A DNA stretch of 7,380 bases, from NCBI GenBank assembly GCA_000388065.2, contig KB932214.1. One strand, written 5' to 3'. Made by a program: the position numbers and the translations under genes. The notes beneath the pieces were generated by a model. That model had not been told where the DNA came from, did no database searches, and was given only the letters and a program-made list of their open reading frames with translations. Source of the stretch: Fonticula alba ATCC 38817. Taxonomy: Eukaryota; Protista; Nucleariida. Below, one piece after another: positions 1 to 6,353 of the stretch. Position 1 is the first letter of the stretch, and each line of letters begins with the position of its first letter.

Positions 1-65
1 CCCCCCCCGCCCGCACATCGCCTCCCTCCGTCCGGTTGCCGCCGCCGCCGCGCGTCCGAGCCAAG

Positions 66-202
66 ATGGGGCGACCCCTTGACTCGCCGCTGACGCCCCC
101 CGGCGCCGGGGTCGTGCCGCTGTCCCAATTCCGCCTGTCCGAGCGCGACCTCGAGTCCTCCCCCCGGCATGTCTTCGAAATGATGGAGCGCCTGGGCAAG
201 GG
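66..202 (+). CDS. Kinase exon 1 (N-terminus to Gly-loop GKG, ends in phase 2)
   Basis: MGRPLDS...VFEMMERLGKG; donor GTGCGT at 203. An additional upstream exon cannot be excluded. Confidence 0.85.
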
Positions 203-3200
203 GTGCGTCCGCCGCGAGCCGGCCCCGTTGCATCATGTGCCCGCCCTCGCCCCCCTTCCCCTCGACTGACCTCCTCGCTTGCCGGTCCTCCGCCCGATTG
301 GCCGCGCCCCCCCCCCCCCCCCCCCCCGCCCCGCTCTCCCCGTCTGTCGTCACCCCGGGACCGGCAGATCGTTCGGCGTGGTGAACAAGGCGCGCCATCT
401 GGCCACCGGGCACATCGTGGCCGTCAAGCGTGTGACGTTGGATAACTCCCCGGCGGCCGAGGCCGAGCGCGTGGCCGTCCTCAATGAGGTGGAGTGCATG
501 CGTGCCCTGGACTCGCCCTTCGTCGTCCGGTTCTTCGGGCACTTCGTCCGCGCCAAGCGTCTCTGGGTGCGCCTCCGTTTTCTCTCTCTCTCTCTCTCTC
601 CCCCCCCCCCGCTGCCCTCCATCTCCCTCCCTCGATGTGCCATCGGCGGCTGACATCCATGTCCCCCCCTCCGCCGGGCAGATCGCCATGGAGTACTGCG
701 CCGTGGGCAGCATCCAGGAGGCCATGAACATCGCACAGGAGCCCTTGACCGAGTTGCAGGTGGCCCTCATCTGCAAGGACGTACGTGTCATGCCGGCTTG
801 TCCGTGCCTTTTCCCTCCTCTTGCACGCAACATGCAGCACACTGGCGCCCCCCNNNNNNNNNNCCCCCCGGCGAGGCCCGGCAGGCCAAGCAAGGCAACA
901 ACCCGGGGCCCTGTTAAATATGCGCGCCTCCTTCCCCGTTCGGGGCGAATGTGCCCCCGGCCCAAGTCGTCCCCTCCGGGCGTCGGCGATCGGCCGTGTT
1001 CCCGGGCGTTTTCTGCCCTCCCCCGCCCCCCCGGTCGCGGCCGGCCAAAGCCCCTGGCTGCCCCGGGGTGTTCCCACACGCCCGCCAGCCGATCCACCTC
1101 CGCCGCCCCCCCCGGGTCTCCCTCGGGTCTTGCCTGGACGAGGGGGGGCGGGCGTCTGCGCACCCCGGGGCGGAACGCGCCGCTCCGCCCGCCGCCAGGC
1201 CTCATGATCGGACCCGGGCCGGCGGCCCACACGCTGTCCCCACGATCGCCCCCCCCCTGCACCCGCCCCCGGCGGTTACACTTGTGCTCGGAAATGCCTG
1301 CTCCGGGGGCCGGGGGGCGAGCCCGCGCAAAGAACACACCCCGCACCCGCCCGGGGCGTTCCCCCTCCGGCGCGGGGAGCCCCCGTCCCCCGGGGCCGTT
1401 GTGCATGCGCTCCCCGAACCCCGCCCGCCTCGCATCCGCCATATTCACAACATAATATTCATTTGCACATACACACGAACACGCACACACGCACACACGC
1501 AGGGCTCCTGCTGCGGGCCCCACTGTTTGTCCCCGCCCGCCGGGCGGACGGCGCCCAGCCCGCCCCCCCCCCCCCCTCCCCCAAACACGCCCGACCGCGG
1601 GATTTGCCCGGATCCGGTTGCAGCCATTTCCGGACTCCGGGGAGCGCTTCCCCACGTCGACCAGAGCACACTCTTGGCGCGGCGCCGCGCGGCCGGGCGC
1701 CGCGCCGCGCCCGGCGTAATCAAACCCCTCCCCTTGCCCCCCCCCCTCCAACCCCATCCTTCGCCCTACCTCTTCCTTTCTGCTCCCCCCCCCNNNNNNN
1801 NNNNNNNNNNNNNNNNNNNNNNNNNNNNNNNNNNNNNNNNNNNNNNNNNNNNNNNNNNNNNNNNNNNNNNNNNNNNNNNNNNNNNNNNNNNNNNNNNNNN
1901 NNNNNNNNNNNNNNNNNNNNNNNNNNNNNNNNNNNNNNNNNNNNNNNNNNNNNNNNNNNNNNNNNNNNNNNNNNNNNNNNNNNNNNNNNNNNNNNNNNNN
2001 NNNNNNNNNNNNNNNNNNNNNNNNNNNNNNNNNNNNNNNNNNNNNNNNNNNNNNNNNNNNNNNNNNNNNNNNNNNNNNNNNNNNNNNNNNNNNNNNNNNN
2101 NNNNNNNNNNNNNNNNNNNNNNNNNNNNNNNNNNNNNNNNNNNNNNNNNNNNNNNNNNNNNNNNNNNNNNNNNNNNNNNNNNNNNNNNNNNNNNNNNNNN
2201 NNNNNNNNNNNNNNNNNNNNNNNNNNNNNNNNNNNNNNNNNNNNNNNNNNNNNNNNNNNNNNNNNNNNNNNNNNNNNNNNNNNNNNNNNNNNNNNNNNNN
2301 NNNNNNNNNNNNNNNNNNNNNNNNNNNNNNNNNNNNNNNNNNNNNNNNNNNNNNNNNNNNNNNNNNNNNNNNNNNNNNNNNNNNNNNNNNNNNNNNNNNN
2401 NNNNNNNNNNNNNNNNNNNNNNNNNNNNNNNNNNNNNNNNNNNNNNNNNNNNNNNNNNNNNNNNNNNNNNNNNNNNNNCCCCCCCCGCCGCCCTCTCCTC
2501 CTGACACGCCCTTCTGCTCCCGAAACTCGCCTGCCCCGTCCGTGTCGCCTCCCCCGCCCTCCGCAGGTGCTCGGCGGACTGGCCTACCTCCACAGCCGGG
2601 GGAACATCCACCGCGATGTCAAGGCCGGCAACATCGTCATGACATCCGACGGTTACTGCAAGCTCGGTGCGCACTACCAGCGGGGCATGCCTCCGCCACC
2701 GCGCCGGCACACACCTAGCGCCCCATCCAATGCCTGCCACGCCCCGCCCGGCGCAACTGACACCCATGCCCTCGCAGTGGATTTCGGCGTGTCCGGCCAG
2801 CTGACCGCATCGACCATGCGGCGGCACACCCTCACCGGCACCCCGTGCTGGATCGCGCCCGAGGTGGTCACCGAGGACGGGGGCTACGACGTCCGGGCGG
2901 ACATCTGGTCGCTCGGCATCACGGTCCTGGAGATGGCCGAGGGCCGGGCCCCGAACGCCGGGATCAACCCCATGCTGGTGCGTCGGGCTCCGGCACATCT
3001 CCCACACTGGCCTCGCTCTCCCTCTCGCCCCGAGGGGCTGACGCGTGTTTCCCCCCCCCCTCAACCCGGCACACGCACACGCGCACAACAGCACCCCTTC
3101 ATCAAGAGCACCCCGGGCAACGGCCGCGCAGTGCTGGCCGAATTCGCCCTCCAGGTGATCGAGCTGAAGGACATGCAGAAGGCCGGCGGCAGCTCGCGGC

Positions 3201-4824
3201 GGACACCGCGCGCCGATGGCGGCGGCCGGCGTAGCGCGTCTTCCTCGTCGGCCGACTCGGGAACCATCATGTCCGGGCCCTCGCGCGGGGGGGAGGCCAC
3301 GTCCTCGCCCTCGCCCTCGCCCTCGCCCAGCAGCAGCCGCAGCAACAGTCACGGCGGCGGCGGCGGCGGCGGCGGCGGCTGTGGCAGCGCGGCCAACAGC
3401 ATTGACCCGTCGGACATTGCCAGCCTCCTGCGACAGGACGCCACTGGGCTGACCTCCCCCCGGCGGGGCCGCCGGTCCCTGGTGTCCAGCGGCATCTTCG
3501 ACTCGGTCCCGACCATGGGCGGGACACCGGGGGGGTCGCCCGGGGGCGGGCCCGTCGGCAGCCCGGCCGGGCCGATGTCCGGGCGCGGCACCTCGGCACG
3601 GTCCATCGCCGCCGCCCTGCCATGGGTCGGGGAGGAGGCGGCGGCCCCTGCCGGCACCATCCGGCGCCCGGGCCCCGGCGGGGCCACCAGCCCCCTGGTG
3701 TCTTCCCCGGACCTGGGAGCCTCGTCGGACGCCGGCGAGGACAGCGACTCCCTGGATGACGGGCTAAGCGACGGCGATGAGCATGATGGCGAGGCCGGGG
3801 AGCATTCGCTCGGGACCATGCGCTTCAGTGACTCGACCTTCGTCTATCGCGGGAGCGACAGCAGCGGCAGCGGCAGCGGGTCCGACAGCGACGGCCCGGG
3901 CGGGCCTTTCGATGCATCCGGGACCGTGCGCTTCAGCGACTCGACCTTCGTCTACCGCGGCAGCGACAGCAGCGGCAGCGGCAGCGGGTCCGACAGCGAC
4001 GGCCCGGGCGGGCCTTTCGATGCATCCGGCACCGTGCGCTTCAGCGACTCGACCTTCGTCTACCGCGGCAGTGACAGCGATGGCAGTGGCAGCGAGCACG
4101 ACAGCGACGGCCCGGGCGGGCCTTTCGATGCATCCGGCACCGTGCGCTTCAGCGACTCGACCTTCGTCTACCGCGGCAGTGACAGCGATGGCAGTGGCAG
4201 CGAGCATGAGGGCGCCGGCCGGGCCGGCGCCGGGACCGTGTATGTCGGGTCACCGCGGGGCACCGGCGCCGGCGGCGCCGGGCTGGCGGGCCTGAGCCTT
4301 GGCCACTCCTGCTCGGAGGACTCGCTGTCGGACAGCAGCGACAGCGGCGAGTCCTCCGATGGCGACGGGGACTTCGGTGCATCCGGCACCGTGCGCTTCA
4401 GCGACTCGACCTTCGTCTACCGCGGCGGGGACAGCGATGCCTCGGATGACTCGCTTTCGGATGAGGATGGCAGTGATGATGACCATGGCGGGGCCGGCCA
4501 TGGTGGCGGGTCTGCCACCATGCGCTTCAGCGACTCGACCTTTGTCTATCGCGGGAGCGACACCGACACGTCGGCCGATTCGCTTTCCGACGAGGACGCC
4601 GACGAGGCCCGCGGCCAGGCCCACCACGGGCTTGGCACCATGCGCTACAGCGACTCGACCTTTGTCATCCGGGGCAGCGACAGCGAGACCCCCAGCACGG
4701 AGGATGACGACGGGCCGGATGGCAGCCATGATGATCTGGCCCCCGGGTCGACGGATACCATGCGCATGTATGACAGGCCGTCGGGGCGGCCGGCCGGCCG
4801 GTTTGTCAGCGGGTCCGATGACGA

Positions 4825-4859
<35 letters not shown>

Positions 4860-5415
4860 CCAGCAGCCCTGCTGCCGAGTCCGATGATGGGCATGGTGAT
4901 GGGCACCAGGCGCGCGGCGGGGGCGCGGCCGCGGCCGCGGCCGGCACGGTGCGCATGATGGCCCGACCGGGCCCGGCGCTACATGTGAACACCGATGTCC
5001 TGTGCGTTGCGACGACGACGGCGGCGGCGGCCCGGCAGGCCGGGGCCTCGCGGTCGGCGCCACCCACTGCCATGGGCTTCCAGTCGACCGGGCAGGGGGC
5101 CCTGCTGTCGGCCGGTGGCGGTGGCGGTGGCGGTGTCGGGGCCACGGCCTCATCGGCTGGGGACCACCCGGCCGGCAGCATCGCCACCGAGCCGGTGAAT
5201 TATGCCCAAACCCGGGCCATGTTCGACAATCTGGCCCGCAGCAGCAGCGGCGGCGACCCGGCCCTGTCATCGCCCCCCCCGCCGATGACGCCGCAAAGCC
5301 CGGGCTTCGGCGGGTTCCCCCGGCGGGCGCCCGGCGGCGAGTACCACCCGGCGGCCCTGGCGGCCAAGCCCCCGTCCATCACCAGCGCCCCGGTGTCGCC
5401 GGTCCCCCCGTCGGT

Positions 5416-5446
<31 letters not shown>

Positions 5447-5452
5447 CACTGA
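66..5452 (+). CDS. STE20/GCK-II (MST1/2/Hippo-like) Ser/Thr protein kinase with long acidic repeat-containing tail; spliced join(66..202,368..566,682..780,2567..2666,2778..2977,3092..5452), 1031 aa
   Basis: Manual splicing at GT..CAG junctions gives a continuous frame: LSERDLESSPRHVFEMMERLGKG/SFGVVNKARHLATGHIVAVKRV...NEVECM...RLW/IAMEYCAVGS...LICKD/VLGGLAYLHSRGNIHRDVKAGNI...CKL/VDFGVSGQLTASTMRRHTLTGTPCWIAPEV...DIWSLGITVLEMAEGRAP...NPML/HPFIKS. This matches, from memory, MST1 (LDEDSLTKQPEEVFDVLEKLGEGSYG; HRDIKAGN; DFGVAGQL; DIWSLGITAIEMAEGKPP). ATG at 66 has A at -3 and G at +4; stop TGA at 5450-5452. Exact orthology is not certain. Confidence 0.9.
203..367 (+). other. Spliceosomal intron 1 (165 nt, phase 2)
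   Basis: GTGCGT...CAG; contains a long C run; in-frame TGA at 267-269. Confidence 0.88.
368..566 (+). CDS. Kinase exon 2 (subdomains I-IV: SFG, VAVK Lys, alphaC Glu)
   Basis: Acceptor CAG at 365-367; GG+A restores Gly; SFGVVNKARHLATGHIVAVKRV...LNEVECMRALDSPFVVRFFG...RLW; donor GTGCGC at 567. Confidence 0.92.
567..681 (+). other. Spliceosomal intron 2 (115 nt, phase 0)
   Basis: GTGCGC...CAG; branch-like GCTGAC at 649-654; (TC)n and C10 tracts. Confidence 0.9.
581..610. repeat. (TC)10 microsatellite followed by C10, intronic
   Basis: Directly visible. Confidence 0.9.
682..780 (+). CDS. Kinase exon 3 (hinge, IAMEYC...LICKD)
   Basis: Acceptor CAG at 679-681; IAMEYCAVGSIQEAMNIAQEPLTELQVALICKD; donor GTACGT at 781. 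Confidence 0.92.
854..863. other. Assembly gap (10 N)
   Basis: N run flanked by C runs. Confidence 1.
1794..2478. other. Assembly gap (685 N)
   Basis: N run flanked by C runs on both sides. Confidence 1.
2567..2666 (+). CDS. Kinase exon 4 (catalytic loop HRDVKAGN)
   Basis: Acceptor CAG at 2564-2566; VLGGLAYLHSRGNIHRDVKAGNIVMTSDGYCKL+G; donor GTGCGC at 2667. Confidence 0.93.
2667..2777 (+). other. Spliceosomal intron 4 (111 nt, phase 1)
   Basis: GTGCGC...CAG; ACTGAC at 2756-2761; removal restores KLVDFG. Confidence 0.9.
2778..2977 (+). CDS. Kinase exon 5 (DFG, activation loop, APE, subdomain IX)
   Basis: Acceptor CAG at 2775-2777; G+TG=Val, then DFGVSGQL...GTPCWIAPEV...DIWSLGITVLEMAEGRAPNAGINPML; donor GTGCGT at 2978. 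Confidence 0.93.
2978..3091 (+). other. Apparent intron 5 (114 nt, phase 0); possibly a chimera of two introns with an exon lost between them
   Basis: GTGCGT donor, GCTGAC at 3037-3042, C10 at 3051-3060, (CA)-rich end and CAG acceptor. The flanking exons lack kinase subdomains X-XI. Confidence 0.7.
3092..5452 (+). CDS. Terminal exon: end of kinase domain (HPF, alphaJ-like helix) plus Ser/Asp/Gly-rich tail with tandem repeats
   Basis: Acceptor CAG at 3089-3091; HPFIKSTPGNGRAVLAEFALQVIELK resembles MST1 HPFVRSAKGVSILRDLINEAMDVK; open for 786 codons to TGA. Internal introns cannot be excluded, but codons look coding throughout. Confidence 0.8.
3305..3379 (+). repeat. Coding simple repeats: (TCGCCC)4 = (SP)4 and (GGC)9 = poly-Gly
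   Basis: (TCGCCC)4 at 3305-3328; (GGC)9 at 3353-3379. Confidence 0.9.
3812..4207 (+). repeat. Coding tandem repeat, 108-bp (36-aa) period, about 3.7 copies
   Basis: Units start at 3812, 3920, 4028, 4136: GT(M/V)RFSDSTFVYRGSDS(S/D)GSGS(GS/EH)DSDGPGGPFDAS; near-identical at nucleotide level. Confidence 0.97.
4385..4684 (+). repeat. Three further copies of the repeat core with diverged acidic spacers
   Basis: Cores at 4385 (GTVRFSDSTFVYRGGD), 4514 (ATMRFSDSTFVYRGSD), 4634 (GTMRYSDSTFVIRGSD); spacing 129 and 120 bp; spacers share DSLSDED. Confidence 0.95.
4829..4858 (+). repeat. (AGC)10 poly-Ser
   Basis: Directly visible trinucleotide run in the kinase frame. Confidence 0.9.
5417..5443 (+). 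repeat. (GGC)9 poly-Gly at the extreme C-terminus
   Basis: Directly visible; followed by EH-stop. Confidence 0.9.
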
Positions 5453-6290
5453 TGGGGGCGTCTGCGGGCCGGTGCCCGGGTCGGCGCCCGTGCTTGGGCG
5501 TACGTGTGTGTGTGCTCCTGCGCGCGAGTCCATCGCCTCGGGCGCCGTGTGCATGCCTCGGGAGAGGCTGTTCGCTTGCCTGCGTTTGCGTGCGGCCGGG
5601 ATGTGAAGCCCGGCGGCGCGTTTTCCGACGTCCCCTCCCCCCCTCCTTCCTCCTCCTGTGTATTTTCCTTCCTCCTCTCCCGGGGGAGGTCGTGTCGTGC
5701 CCATGCTCGCGCGTTAGCTCCCCCTCCCCCCCCCCCCTGTCCTTGTTGTCCTGCTCCTCGCTCGGAGAAAATACCACCCCGGCACCTCGCGCCACGTTAG
5801 CCCGTTTGCCCGACAGAACGGGATCCCGCGGGGCGGCTGCCGCGCCAGAACACTCCATTCGGGTGCTGGAAGAGGGGGGCATGTTTCAGAACGCGGCCAG
5901 AACTCCATGCCTAATTTCTCTGGCGGATACCGAGGGAGCGCGAATAGTGCGGCGGGACCTCGGCACAGGGCGCGCTCCGCGGGCGTCCCTCTCCGGCGGG
6001 ACCTAACCGGTGGCACGGCGTCGGGCGGCGCGATGGGGCAAACACGTGGGAAGTCAGCCGCCTTGGGAGATTGGCACCGCCGGCCACCTGGACGCGGCCG
6101 TTCGGCCAGGTGGCCGGATTCAAATGGGCGGCACGCTCAGGGGAAAGTGCCCGCCCAATGGGTGCGAAAAGGGAAAAAAAGAAAAGAAAAATAGGGGCCG
6201 CGCCGGCCGGGGGGATGATCCGGCTAGGGTGCGCCGGGGTGCGGGGGCCAGCCGCGGGGGGGGAGGGTACGGGGAGGGGTGTGTGCGGAC

Positions 6291-6353
6291 GTGTGTGTGT
6301 GTGTGTGTGTGTGTATGTGCCCGTGTATATGCGGGTGTGGGTGTGGGTGTGGG
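6291..6353. repeat. (GT)12 microsatellite followed by (GGGTGT)3GGG
   Basis: (GT)12 at 6291-6314; (GGGTGT)3GGG at 6333-6353. Confidence 0.9.

Larger units (their letters stand above)
781..2566 (+). other. Spliceosomal intron 3 (1786 nt as assembled, includes two N gaps)
   Basis: GTACGT...CAG; CCTGAC at 2500-2505; the flanking exons join directly as CKD|VLGGLAYLH, so no kinase sequence is missing here. True length is uncertain. Confidence 0.75.

Noticed and set aside
36-65. Upstream non-ATG start used by the ORF track
   Set aside because: ATG at 66 has a strong eukaryotic context and gives an N-terminus comparable in length to MST kinases.
1676-1706. 11-bp inverted repeat ggcgcggcgcc / ggcgccgcgcc
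   Set aside because: Pure G/C low-complexity sequence; expected by chance here.
864-1793. Possibility that the missing kinase X-XI exon lies in the intron 3 island
   Set aside because: None of the translated frames there shows a subdomain X-XI pattern (FxDF...CL.K.P..R), and the position would be out of order.
3812-4684. CRISPR-like repeat-spacer appearance of the conserved ~45-nt cores
   Set aside because: The repeats are in-frame, vary at synonymous positions, have duplicated rather than unique spacers, and lie in a eukaryotic spliced gene with no cas genes.
1766-5270. Long minus-strand and alternative-frame ORFs overlapping the kinase
   Set aside because: Shadow ORFs expected from high GC and biased codon use; they are Ala/Arg/Pro/Gly-rich with no recognisable domain.
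1463-5452. 1329-aa single ORF in the track
   Set aside because: It runs through the N gap and through two stop-free introns; its start is intronic. The real CDS is spliced from 66.
5500-5505. GTACGT donor-like site 48 nt after the stop codon (possible 3'-UTR intron)
   Set aside because: No convincing CTGAC branch plus YAG acceptor follows; a single hexamer is insufficient.
6333-6353. Telomere-like TG1-3 repeat
   Set aside because: Only 3.5 units, embedded in a (GT)n microsatellite region; no sign of a chromosome end.
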